Assembly: GCA_950097015.1 (NCBI GenBank)
Contig: CATNEN010000001.1
Span: forward strand, 17,112,001 to 17,176,000
Direction of reading: 5' to 3'
DNA length: 64,000 nt
Source of the DNA: Macrostomum hystrix
Lineage: Eukaryota; Animalia; Platyhelminthes
The translations under genes were made by a program, and so were the position numbers. Below are positions 12,058 through 24,205 of this stretch, in pieces. The first letter of the stretch is position 1. The number at the start of each line of letters is the position of its first letter. The notes under the pieces are model-generated. The model was not told where the DNA came from, did no database searches, and saw only the letters and a program-made list of their open reading frames with translations.

Positions 12058-12555
12058 ACAGCAACTCCGTGTCTCTCGCAGCAACTCCGTGTCTCTCGCA
12101 GCAACTCCGTGTCTCTCGCAGCAACTCCGTGTCTCAGTGTCTCTCGCAGCAACTCCGAGTCTCTAGCAGCAACTCCGTGTCTCTCGCAGCAACTCCGTGT
12201 CTCTCGCAACAACTCCGTGTCTCTCGCAACAAATCCGTGTCTCTCGCAGCAACTCCGTGTCTCTCGCAGCAACTCCGTGTCTCTCGCAGCAACTCCGTGT
12301 CTCTCGCAACAAATCCGTGTCTCTCGCAGCAACTCCGTGTCTCTCGCAGCAACTCCGTGTCTCTCGCAGCAACTCCGTGTCTCTCGCAACAACTCCGTGT
12401 CTCTCGCAGCAACTCCGTGTCTCTCGCAACAACTCCGTGTCTCTCGCAGCAACTCCGTGTCTCTCGCAACAACTCCGTGTCTCTCGCAACAACTCCGTGT
12501 CTCTCGCAGCAACTCCGTGTCTCTCGCAACAACTCCGTGTCTCTCGCAACAACTC
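12058..12555. repeat. 20-bp minisatellite (GCAACTCCGTGTCTCTCGCA)n, ~25 copies
   Basis: Tandem repeat. Confidence 0.97.
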
Positions 12556-12563
12556 TTCGGAGT

Positions 12564-14142
12564 ATTCCAAGATTGTCTTCAGTCTGGGAGGTTAATCTAA
12601 ATCCCAGAGACATTCCAAGATTGTCTTCAGTCTGGGAGGTTAATCTAAATCCCAGAGACATTCCAAGATTGTCTTCAGTCCGGGAGGTTAATCTAAATCC
12701 CAGCGTCTAGACATTCCAAGATTGTCTTCAGTCTGGGAGGTTAATCTAAATCCCAGAGACATTCCAAGAATGTCTTCAGTCTGGGAGGTTAATCTAAATC
12801 CCAGAGACAGTCCAAGATTGTCTTCCGTCTGGGAGGTTAATCTAAATCCCAGAGACATTCCAAGAATGTCTTCAGTCTGGGAGGTTAATCTAAATCCCAG
12901 AGACATTCCAAGAATGTCTTCAGTCTGGGAGGTTAATCTAAATCCCAGAGACAGTCCAAGATTGTCTTCAGTCTGGGAGGTTAATCTAAATCCCAGAGAC
13001 ATTCAAGATTGTCTTCAGTCTGGGAGGTTAATCTAAATCCCAGAGACATTCCAAGAATGTCTTCAGTCTGGGAGGTTAATCTAAATCCCAGAGACAGTCC
13101 AAGATTGTCTTCAGTCTGGGAGGTTAATCTAAATCCCAGAGACATTCAAGATTGTCTTCAGTCTGGGAGGTTAATCTAAATCCCAGAGACATTCCAAGAA
13201 TGTCTTCAGTCTGGGAGGTTAATCTAAATCCCAGAGACAGTCCAAGATTGTCTTCAGTCTGGGAGGTAAATCTAAATCCCAGAGACATTCCAAGATTGTC
13301 TTCAGTCTGGGAGGTTAATCTAAATCCCAGAGACATTCAAGATTGTCTTCAGTCTGGGAGGTTAATCTAAATCCCAGAGACATTCCAAGAATGTCTTCAG
13401 TCTGGGAGGTTAATCTAAATCCCAGAGACAGTCCAAGATTGTCTTCAGTCTGGGAGGTTAATCTAAATCCCAGCGTCTAGACATTCCAAGATTGTCTTCA
13501 GTCTAGGACAGGGGTCGGCAAACTTAATAGCCGGCGGGCCAAAGAGAGAACCCAAAAGACGACAGCGGGCCGCATTGACTGTAGAAATATGAGATAGGGG
13601 GGGAGAGATGAGACAGAATAGATAAGACACACTAGAAATGAGACACAGGAGAGACGAGACCGAGGAGAGATGATACACAGGAGAGACGAGACCGAGGAGA
13701 GATGAGACACAGGAGAGACGAGACCGAGGAGAGATGAGACACAGGAGAGACTAGACCGAGGAGAGATGATACACAGGAGAGACGAGACCGAGGAGAGATG
13801 AGACACAGGAGAGACGAGACCGAGGAGAGATGAGACACAGGAGAGACGAGACCGAGGAGAGATGTGACACAGGAGAGATGAGAGACGGGAGAGATAAGAC
13901 AGGGGAAAGATAAAACAGTATAATGTAGGTGTCGGAAGGAGCAACGGGCCGGATTTGGGAGCTTCGAGGGCCGCATCTGGCCCGCGGGCCGGAGTTTGCT
14001 GACCCCTGGTCTAGGAGGTTAATCTAAATCCCAGTGTCTAGACATTCCAAGATTGTCTTCAGTCTGGGAGGTTAATCTAAATCTTAGAGACATTCAAGAT
14101 TGTCTTCAGTCTGGGAGGTTAATCTAAATCCCAGAGACATTC
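12564..14142. repeat. 48-bp minisatellite, ~22 copies, interrupted by a hAT MITE
   Basis: Unit ACATTCCAAGATTGTCTTCAGTCTGGGAGGTTAATCTAAATCCCAGAG; contains internal hairpin TCTGGGA...TCCCAGA. Confidence 0.96.
13509..14008. mobile_element. hAT-family MITE (500 bp) with an internal 32-bp tandem repeat
   Basis: TIRs CAGGGGTCGGCAAACT / AGTTTGCTGACCCCTG; 8-bp TSD GTCTAGGA at 13501-13508 and 14009-14016; GC-rich subterminal GCGGGCC repeats; internal (GAGACACAGGAGAGACGAGACCGAGGAGAGAT)n at ~13640-13880. Confidence 0.92.
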
Positions 14143-14859
14143 TTAGATTTGGTTAGATAAATTAGCAAGCTCTGAATGCTCAATGAAGTGACAGGCCATG
14201 GTAAAGAGCAGTGTTTTGGTTTCGCTCTGCAATTAGCAATTTTGTTCTTTTCTTCCGCCTGTGTCTGCCTGGTACGAGTTCTACTGCCAAACTGCTCTTC
14301 GCTCTCCAGTGCGCGCCAGTTCGCAGAGAACGGGCTCAAACCAGCTCCTTATTGAGTCTAATCCTGGCTCGAGTACCTTTTCTACTTGCCGAACACGAAA
14401 GGCTTTGTAGCGTTTTCAAAAATAGCAACACACCCGACTTGTACGAGCGTACGGTGGATGGGATTGTGAGGATAGAGAAACGGCTGCAGACTTTGTATTT
14501 CAATGCAGGAAAAATTGCCGACTAGACTGAGGGTCAGCGAGATGTGCTCACAATGAGTCAAGTTGCGACTGCTATTGGCCATCCGGCCAGCTCAAAGGCT
14601 GGCGTTAGTACCGGGTGGGAGAGGATACGGCAATGTACTTACAATCCGTATACAATGCTATAAACGAGCTCTCTTATAGTCCAGATCAGACTAACAAACT
14701 CAATTTACTGTCGAAAACAAAAGACATCTTGAGCTTTCTTTCCGTTTCCAACTGACAGAAACAGTAAGCACATTCACATAACTACGAGTATTATATTCTC
14801 CTGTGATTAGCATCTTCTATTCAATAACAGAATTCAACAGACACGCTAGTTTACGAAAA

Positions 14860-15444
14860 AACTACACCTGTATTCTACCCCTGCTCAACTACACCTGTAT
14901 TCTACCCCTGCTCAACTACACCTGTATTCTACTCCTGCTCAACTACACCTGTATTCTACCCCTGCTCAACTACACCTGTATTCTACCCCTGCTCAACTAC
15001 ACCTGTATTCTACCCCTGCTCAACTACACCTGTATTCTACCCCTGCTCAACTACACCTGTATTCTACCCCTGCTCAACTACACCTGTATTCTACCCCTGC
15101 TCAACTACACCTGTATTCTACTCCTGCTCAACTACACCTGTATTCTACCCCTGTTCAACTACACCTGTATTCTACCCCTGCTCAACTACACCTGTATTCT
15201 ACCCCTGCTCAACTACACCTGTATTCTACCCCTGCTCAACTACACCTGTATTCTACTCCTGCTCAACTACACCTGTATTCTACCCCTGCTCAACTACACC
15301 TGTATTCTACTCCTGCTCAACTACACCTGTATTCTACCCCTGCTCAACTACACCTGTATTCTACCCCTGCTCAACTACACCTGTATTCTACCCCTGCTCA
15401 ACTACACCTGTATTCTACCCCTGCTCAACTACACCTGTATTCTA
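14860..15444. repeat. 27-bp minisatellite (ACTACACCTGTATTCTACCCCTGCTCA)n, ~21 copies
   Basis: Tandem repeat. Confidence 0.97.
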
Positions 15445-15761
15445 TTGTTTTGTTAATTTATACACAGAGCAATGTTAGTTGTCCTTATCAGCAGGGTTTT
15501 CGACAAGAATAGCTGGATATCTGGACGCTGCTGGCTCGTACAGCTTTGAAAGTTGGTTCATCGTAATGGGCAGAAAATTCAGATTCAGATGGTGGAATTT
15601 CACGAAAAATTGGTCATTCGGTTTGGGAGTTATTGTGCAATATTCAGTGGGTATATTGAAGTACCCCCTGTGGAAAAATAGGGGAAACATTTTCAAAACT
15701 TACAAAAGCCCGCAATTATGGAACCTTGATTGGCAGCAATAGTCAATCGATTCTCTTCAAT

Positions 15762-17456
15762 GGGTTATCTACCCCATCTTCCATGGCCTATCTACCCCAT
15801 CTTCCATGACCTATCTACCCCATCTTCCATGGCCTATCTACCCAATCTTCCATGGCCTATCTACCCCATCTTCCATGACCTATCTACCCCATCTTCCATG
15901 GCCTATCTACCCAATCTTCCATGGCTTATCTACCCCATCTTCCATGGCCTATCTACCCAATCTTCCATGGCCTATCTACCCCATCTTCCATGACCTATCT
16001 ACCCAATCTTCCATGGCCTATCTACCCCATCTTCCATGGCCTATCTACCCAATCTTCCATGGCTTATCTACCCCATCTTCCATGGCCTATCTACCCAATC
16101 TTCCATGGCTTATCTACCCCATCTTCCATGGCCTATCTACCCAATCTTCCATGGCTTATCTACCCCATCTTCTATGGCCTATCTACCCAATCTTCCATGG
16201 CTTATCTACCCAATCTTCCATGACCTATCTACCCCATCTTCCATGGCCTATCTACCCCATCTTCCATGGCCTATCTACCCCATCTTCCATGGCCTATCTA
16301 CCCCATCTTCCATGGCCTATCTACCCCATCTTCCATGGCCTATCTACCCCATCTTCCATGGCCTATCTACCCAATCTTCCATGACCTATCTACCCCATCT
16401 TCCATGGCCTATCTACCCAATCTTCCATGGCCTATCTACCCAATCTTCCATGGCTTATCTACCCAATCTTCCACGGCTTATTTACCCAATCTTCCATGGC
16501 CTATCTACCCAATCTTCCACGGCTTATTTACCCAATCTTCCATGGCCTATCTACCCCATCTTCCATGGCCAATCTACCCATCTTCCATGGCCTATCTACC
16601 CAATCTTCCATGTTTTATCTACCCCATCTTCCATGGCCTATCTACCCAATCTTCCATGGCCTATCTACCCCATCTTCCATGGCCTATCTACCCAATCTTC
16701 CATGGCTTATCTACCCCATCGTCCATGGCCTATCTACCCCATATTCACTGGCTTATCTACCCCATATTCAATGGCTTATCTACCCCATATTCAATGGCTT
16801 ATCTACCCCATATTCAATGGCCTATCTACCCCATATTCACTGGCTTATCTACCCCATATTCAATGGCTTATCTACCCCATATTCAATGGCTTATCTACCC
16901 CATATTCAATGGCTTATCTACCCCATATTCAATGGCTTATCTACCCCATATTCCATGGCTTATCTACCCAATCTTCCATGACCTATCTAACCCATCGTCC
17001 ATGGCCTATCTACCCCATCTTCCATGGCCTATCTACCCCATCTTCCATGGCCTATCTACCCAATCTTCCATGGCCTATCTACCCCATCTTCCATGGCCTA
17101 TCTACCCAATCTTCCATGACCTATCTAACCCATCTTCCATTACTTATCTACCCCATATTCAATGGCTTATCTACCCCATATTCAATGGCTTATCTACCCC
17201 ATCTTCCATGGCTTATCTACCCCATCTTCCATGGCTTATCTACCCCATCTTCCATGGCCTATCTACCCCATCTTCCATGGCTTATCTACCCCATCTTCCA
17301 TGGCTTATCTACCCCATCTTCCATGGCCTATCTACCCCATCTTCCATGGCTTATCTACCCCATCTTCCATGGCTTATCCACCCCATCTTCCATGGCCTAT
17401 CTACCCCATCTTCCATGGCTTATCTACCCCATCTTCCATGGCTTATCCACCCCATC
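15762..17456. repeat. 23-bp minisatellite (CTACCCCATCTTCCATGGCCTAT)n, ~73 copies
   Basis: Tandem repeat, related to the 10745 array. Confidence 0.97.
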
Positions 17457-18194
17457 GTTCTTCACACTTTCATTTCCTCCGCAAAAAAGCAATAAAAAAG
17501 TAATAAACATAATATCCTAGTAGTATCCTATGCTTTTTCGGTTAAGTTTTGTATCAAGGTTGAACATTTTTATTTAGTTTTTTTTCGTTTTTCGGACCAT
17601 GAAAACTGGCTGAGATTGGTGTGATAATGTCACTGAACATCAGTTTGGCTTGTTGTTCCAGATTGTTTAGTTTGTTGTCCATAGCTTCATCCCAAACTGA
17701 ATAGACGACTGTTGGATAGACCTGAAGTGACAAGTTGGATTAGAAATTTGAGCTTTTGTGAATTTTTAATTGCAATTTTTTTCGGTAAGACAACAGTCAA
17801 CAAAGGTAAAAAATACTGATCAATGTGATACCAAAAATTATTAACTTTCTACGAGGGTCGCGAGTTCGAATCTGGCTGTACATCTGGTCCAGCTTTAATA
17901 TCTATCAATTTATTATCTACGAGAAATGTCATCACACTGGGACATAATTAGATTACTTAATTTACTAGCCCAGTATTATCGGCTCATCGAAATGTAGTAA
18001 TTTGATTACCGGCTGTCTGTCGACAGTTAAATAACCTGGGCCCGCGATACTAATTAATCAAACAACTTATACCGTTAATCAATTATTGATTGATTGAATT
18101 TGCGGTATTAGAGGCACAAAAACGGCCCCTATATATGTAGAGGACAAAATATTTAGCAGCATCAAACATACGAAGGGTGAGATTTCTAATTGGG

Positions 18195-18646
18195 AGGAAG
18201 GGTGAAATACAGAATAGGGGAAGGGTGAGATACAGAATAGGGAAGTGTGAGATACAGAATAGGGAAGGGTGAGATACAGAATAGGGAAGGGTGAGATACA
18301 GAATAGGGAAGGGTGAGATACAGAATAGGGAAGGGTGAGATACAGAATAGGGAAGGTGAGATACAGAATAGGGAAGGGTGAGATACAGAATTTGGAGGGG
18401 TGAGATACAGAATAGGGAAGGGTGAGATACAGAATAGGGAAGGGTGAGATACAGAATAGGGGAAGGGTGAGATCCAGAATTTGGAGGGGTGAGATACAGA
18501 ATTGGGAAGGGTATGATACAGCATAGGGAAGGGTGAGATACAGAATAGGGAAGGGTGAGATCCAGAATAGGGAAGGGTGAGATACAGAATAAGGGAAGGG
18601 TGAGATCCAGAATAGGGGGGAGATACAGAATTGGAAGGGTGAGATT
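18195..18646. repeat. 22-bp minisatellite (GGGAAGGGTGAGATACAGAATA)n
   Basis: Tandem repeat. Confidence 0.95.
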
Positions 18647-19314
18647 CTGAAGATGTTATGGTGCCACGTGAGTAACATAGATGAGTCAAAAATTGTACTT
18701 TAGACGAACTGAAAAGTGCGTAAACTGATTGTTACAGAAATGAAATATACTCCTACTTGGCACCATGTGAGTGGAAATTCCATTTTAACAACTGCAGCAA
18801 TTAAGCCAAGATACATAGAAAGTTTTTGGCGAGTCTTGGACATTTATTTTTGAGTGACAGCCAACGGTAAAGAGAAGTGCGCGGGCAAGGACCCTGAATA
18901 GAAGCATCTATAAGATGCTATTTATAGAAGTCCTTGGCGCGGGCCTCACTTTGCTATCTCCGTTTGTGCCCTCCTCTCTATAGTGTACAAAGTGCGCGCT
19001 TGATCGTCAAAAAATCTGGCTCAAACCAGTTTTTCATCCAGTCTAGTCCTGCTGTGTCTACTTTTTATACTTCGATACACAGCAGTAGCGTTTTTAACAA
19101 AGGCTTCACACCCGCTAGGCTAGGGTTTGGGCTGAAGGATTGAGAAAGGGTTAGAAAATGTTCCGTTAACTTTGGGGTGGGGCCTCTTTCTATCCTCCAG
19201 CGCGGCCAATGTACATTTACTCGAAAATAAATCTAATGTACATTCAATTCTGAACCACAAATAAGGACAGACCAGTAAAGAAAGAAACGAATTGAGAAAG
19301 ACAGGGAGGGTTCC

Positions 19315-19321
19315 TATAAAT
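19315..19321 (+). promoter_or_regulatory. Putative TATA box of GST copy 4
   Basis: TATAAAT ~85 nt before the ATG. Confidence 0.55.
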
Positions 19322-19404
19322 TTGGCCTTGACTTTGGCCACGCCACGCCCCGTATCACAATCTGTAATCTGCAGACCTAGCTAGACTAGAGAAACAGGCT
19401 TAGC

Positions 19405-20031
19405 ATGTCCGATCACAAGCCGAAGCTGTACTACTTTGGTGTCCGAGGTCGCGGTGAAATTATTCGCTTAGTCTTCGCCGCTGCCAATATCCGATACGAG
19501 GACATTCGTTACACTCGCGAACAATGGCCCGAGCATAAGAAGGATGCGCCAACTGGGGTCCTGCCCTATGTGGACTCTGGCGACTCAAGCCAGGGCAAGC
19601 TAGTTCAGAGCGGCGCTATTGCCCGCTTTTACGCCAAGAAAGCCGGACTAATGGGATCCGACGACTGGGAGTACTACCTGGTTGAGAGGGCCCTAGCCCA
19701 GCTCGAGGACGTGTTCCAGGAAATCATCAAAGTCTGGATCGCGCCAGACGATAAAAAGCCCGACCTAATCAAGGAGTATCACACCGAGAAGGGCCCCAGA
19801 CTGCTCAAGGTGCTCGTTGACTTTCTCAAGGAGAATGACGGCGAGTTCTACGCTGGCAAAGGTGTCACCCTGGCTGACCTGGCCAGTGTCACTCTTGCCG
19901 ACAACCTGACAGTGTTCGGCAATGAGCTGGCTGACCAGTTCCCTGAGCTGCAGGAGCACAAGCAGCGAGTGATGGCTGCCAACGCCGGGTTGGCCGAATG
20001 GATCAAGAACCGGCCCGAGACGCCTCACTGA
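19405..20031 (+). CDS. Glutathione S-transferase, sigma-like (GST copy 4, divergent), 208 aa
   Basis: KLYYFGVRGRGEIIRL, PTGVLP, QSGAIARF, GKGVTLADL. AATAAA at 20234. Confidence 0.95.
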   Translation: MSDHKPKLYYFGVRGRGEIIRLVFAAANIRYEDIRYTREQWPEHKKDAPTGVLPYVDSGDSSQGKLVQSGAIARFYAKKAGLMGSDDWEYYLVERALAQLEDVFQEIIKVWIAPDDKKPDLIKEYHTEKGPRLLKVLVDFLKENDGEFYAGKGVTLADLASVTLADNLTVFGNELADQFPELQEHKQRVMAANAGLAEWIKNRPETPH

Positions 20032-20583
20032 GCCAAATTTCTCAGCTTGAGAATAATTTGAATTAGAAAAAAACAATAAGATACGCTTTTCTTCTTCTCG
20101 GCATAATCTTCTAGGAATAGTTTTGGCGCATGCTTTACGTCGGTAAAATCTTTTAACACTTTTATTCCTGGCAGCTGGCACCGTTTTAAATTCTTTTTGA
20201 ATAATTAATTTTCTGCTGTTGTTTTCAATAATTAATAAACCAATTTCTCAATTAGCTAAATAACAAATCCATATATTCCAATTCGAATCGTCCTCTGTCA
20301 TTCTTGGTGTAAGTTTTTTATTGTCAACATACGCATATGTCTACTGCTAGTAGGCTATTACACTACTTTGTACCTATTTTTAACTAAAAGAAGGACGGGT
20401 GACACTTCGCTTCTTGATAATAAAATGAAGATCAATTATTTATGAATGAAGCTTTCTAAAATTGGTTGAAGCAACAATCTTTGCAAGATGTAATAAAGGA
20501 ACAGCATTGGATCTGCTTCCAACAAAAATTAATCTACATTTTAATGTGAAAAGTGAAAGTCCCTATCTCGCTAGTGCATTTTG

Positions 20584-21105
20584 TCATAAAAGGCAGCCTT
20601 TAATAAATTTTCCAAGAAACGAAGTGTCCTGTCCTGTCCTTCCTTCTTCAAGTGGTTCTTGCATCTTCCAAGCTTGCTCATTTAAACACGGAATGAACGG
20701 TCTATCTTGAAATGAAAAGTGTCTATTTGATTTTCTCGCAGCTAAATTACGAGTAGTAATTTTGAAAATCGGTTTTCTAATAAGTTAATTGAAAATTCGT
20801 GGGCGATTGTTAAGGTGGAATTTAGCTTGAGGAAATCAATCAGCAAAATGTACTAATTCAATTAGGCACTCACGGACAAACCGACGCCGAAGCCGAATGC
20901 CCGAGATCTTCAGCGGCCGCCAGAAGGATGTCGACCTGATTGTCGAACGCAGCTTTGGGAATTCACTGCCAGCCAAACGCGAATCCTCCCACGAGGGAAT
21001 CGCATCCCAAGTTGCACTTTGAAGACCATTGAGTCTAGAGGGTGCTGCATGGCTGGTTGAGCAGAGCAGCAGTAGCACTTGCATCAGAATCAGTGCGGGC
21101 AGCAT
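20584..21105 (-). CDS. Small secreted protein of unknown family; probable join(21105..20874, 20701..20584) with a 1-nt frameshift near 20958 (pseudogene or sequence error)
   Basis: Strong signal peptide MLPALILMQVLLLLCSTSHA-AP; acceptor-like TCTCAG just 5' of the ATG; GTGAGT donor at 20873; TAG acceptor at 20704-20702. Adding one C restores an open 2-exon frame. Confidence 0.5.
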
Positions 21106-21181
21106 CCCTGAGATTGTAGGCTTCAGCTTTGCCCTGAATTTCAGAAATAGGACTGGCTCATTTAGTCTACGTGTAGTATTT

Positions 21182-21424
21182 GATGTGGTTGCAGCCTTGT
21201 GGTTTGGTCGCTGGACTCACGGCTTGAAGGCCGGGGGTTCGATTCCAGACTTCAAGCAAGGTAATTTACTCTGCATCAGCATTAGCTGGGTAATTGAGGG
21301 TGGGTGTGGCGTCCCCCCAGTCCATGGACTGAACAGCCGTACACAGCCTTCAGATGCGCCGCGCAATAGCTGCGGCTGTGCTGCCGGCTGCACATCTGAC
21401 CCAACGCAGGCAGGTGTAAAAAAA
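21182..21424 (+). mobile_element. tRNA-derived SINE family B, copy with CORE-like domain largely deleted
   Basis: B box GGTTCGATTCC; the 3' ~150 nt is nearly identical to the copy at 26776-27089; A-rich tail. Confidence 0.8.
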
Positions 21425-21512
21425 CATCCTGTGACTGTGTGCCTGCGTACGGTATGTGTGCGTGTGTGCTCAGAAGCCTGTGGAATGGGCAGAGCCGCCT
21501 CCTTGCTAGGGC
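21425..21512 (+). mobile_element. 3' fragment of SINE family A
   Basis: GTGCCTGCGTACGGTATGTGTGCGTGTGTGCTCAG...AATGGGCAGA...GCCTCCT matches 26560-26645. Confidence 0.7.
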
Positions 21513-21946
21513 CTACTAGATACTAAAGCAAGCGTTATTTCTGAAGGAACTCATAAATAAGTTTTTGTAGCAAATACCTATGCATCTTCCGGCTCTCTCT
21601 CCATTGTATTCCACAAATTTAATGCTTTTAGTTCTCCGATTGGGTTTTTGAAAATAAATATTTTACAGTACTCTTGACTGCTTTAACGCCCCAAAGCAGC
21701 CATGCATGGAGACTGCTGTCTGAACGATGTTGGAACAGGTCAAGTGAGAGGATATCTCAGTGTCAATACTACTCAAACACAATTATTCTTTTAACACCGT
21801 GCTGAAGGTAAAATGCAAAACATTTCCTATGACTTTTTGTCAGCAAATAAAACAAATAATTGTCTTTATTTTCACAGATAATTAAGTTGCTTGACCTTCT
21901 CTCGACTCGTGAATAGCTGGAAGATTTTCTGACTAAAATATGGTTT

Positions 21947-22915
21947 TTCTAACAGACTGTTCTGTCTAACAGACTGTTCTGTCTAACAGACTGTACTACT
22001 GTCTAACAGACTGTTCTGTCTAACAGACTGTTCTGTCTAACAGACTGTACTACTGTCTAACAGACTGTTCTGTCTAACAGACTGTTCTGTCTAACAGACT
22101 GTACTACTGTCTAACAGACTGTTCTGTCTAACAGACTGTACTACTGTCTAACAGACTGTTCTGTCTCACAGACTGTTCTGTCTCACAGACTGTTCTGTCT
22201 AACAGACTGTTCTGTCTAACAGACTGTTCTGTCTAACAGACTGTACTACTGTCTAACAGACTGTTCTGTCTAACAGACTGTACTACTGTCTAACAGACTG
22301 TTCTGTCTCACAGACTGTTCTGTCTCACAGACTGTTCTGTCTAACAGACTGTTCTGTCTAACAGACTGTTCTGTCTAACAGACTGTACTACTGTCTAACA
22401 GACTGTTCTGTCTAACAGACTGTACTACTGTCTAACAGACTGTTCTGTCTCACAGACTGTTCTGTCTCACAGACTGTTCTGTCTAACAGACTGTTCTGTC
22501 TAACAGACTGATGTTCTGTCTAACAGACTGTTCTGTCTAACAGACTGATGTTCTGTCTAACAGACTGTTCTGTCTAACAGACTGATGTTCTGTCTAACAG
22601 ACTGTTCTTCTGTCTAACAGACTGTACTTCTGTCTAACAGACTGTTCTTCTGTCTAACAGACTGTACTTCTGTCTAACAGACTGTTCTTCTGTCTAACAG
22701 ACTGTTCTTCTGTCTAACAGACTGTACTTCTGTCTAACAGACTGTTCTTCTGTCTAACAGACTGTTCTTCTGTCTAACAGACTGTTCTTCTGTCTAACAG
22801 ACTGTTCTTCTGTCTAACAGACTGATCTTCTGTCTAACAGACTGATCTTCTGTCTAACAGACTGTTCTTCTGTCTAACAGACTGTTCTTCTGTCTAACAG
22901 ACTGTTCTTCTGTTT
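21947..22915. repeat. 17/20-bp minisatellite (CTGTCTAACAGACTGTT[CTT])n
   Basis: Tandem repeat; mixed 17/20-bp units on the left, uniform 20-bp units on the right. Confidence 0.97.
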
Positions 22916-23364
22916 TAAAGTCTTAGACAGTCTGTTTCTCAGTCTAACAAGCAGTTTTTTAGTCTGTCTAACTGATTAAACGCCGTATTAAATGTAGCAT
23001 GAATCACGGGTGTAACAGATGTGCAGTCAAGAAAGTTATAACTCACTGTTAAGTGTTGCTGCTTGCAATTTTAGAGTCGTTCTCAAATTAACACGTTCTG
23101 CTGTTACTCTATCTACCGAGTTTGATACGCATGGGCGAAGCGCATTGTTAAAGTTTGGGATGATAAATCATAGAAGAAATCTACGCGTATGATCCAAAGC
23201 ACAAATTAGGATGCAGGTCACGTGACTTCTGCAAAATTGCACCAATAAGAAAAGGCCCCAGCGTCACCACCTCACCGCGGCTTGAGTTGAACAGCAGTGA
23301 GTCCCTAGATACTTGAGCACAATTTGTATCGAAATGTCTCTCATTATGCATACCGATCGGAGAG

Positions 23365-24205
23365 ATAGGAATAAGGGATTATCCTCACCCACAATCCTTC
23401 AGATCCGATAAGGATTATCCTAATCCGAAACCATAATTTGGAATAAGGATTATCTTAGCCTACAATCCTTAATTTGGTGTACGGATTAACTTAATCCACA
23501 ATCGTTTAGTCCAAACAGGAATTATCTTAATCCAGAATGCATCATTTGGTATAAGGATTATCTAAATCCACAATGCATCATTTGGTATAAGGATTATCTT
23601 AATCCAAAATGCATCATTTGGTATAAGGATTATCTTAATCCACAATGCATCATTCGGTATAAGGATTATCTTAATCCATAATGCATCATTTGGTATAAGG
23701 ATTATCTTAATCCACAATGCATCATTCGGTATAAGGATTATCTTAATCCATAATGCATCATTCGGTATAAGGATTATCTTAATCCATAATGCATCATTCG
23801 GTATAAGGATTATCTTAATCCACAATGCATCATTCGGTATAAGGATTATCTTAATCCATAATCCTTCATTTGGTATAAGGATTATCTAAATCCACAATGC
23901 ATCATTATCTTAATCCATAATCCTTCATTTGGTATAAGGATTATCTTAATCCATAATCCTTCATTTGGTATAAGGATTATCTTAATCCATAATCCTTCAT
24001 TCGGTATAAGGATTATCTTAATCCATAATCCTTCATTCGGTATAAGGATTATCTTAATCCATAATCCTTCATTTGGTATAAGGATTATCTTAATCCACAA
24101 TGCATCATTCGGTATAAGGATTATCTTAATCCAGAACCCTTCTGCCGAGATAAGGATTATCTCATCTAAAAGCATTAAATTGGGTTAAGGGATTATCCTA
24201 ATCTA
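23365..24205. repeat. 36-bp minisatellite (TAAGGATTATCTTAATCCATAATGCATCATTCGGTA)n with degenerate edges
   Basis: Tandem repeat with internal hairpin GGATTA-TCT-TAATCC. Confidence 0.93.

Noticed and set aside
14150-14620. GC-richer segment with ORFs 14211-14525 and 14382-14582; possibly the rest of the Gypsy gag or another decayed element
   Set aside because: No diagnostic motif that I can support.
17850-17880. Isolated B-box-like GAGTTCGAATC
   Set aside because: No A box or SINE body recognisable.
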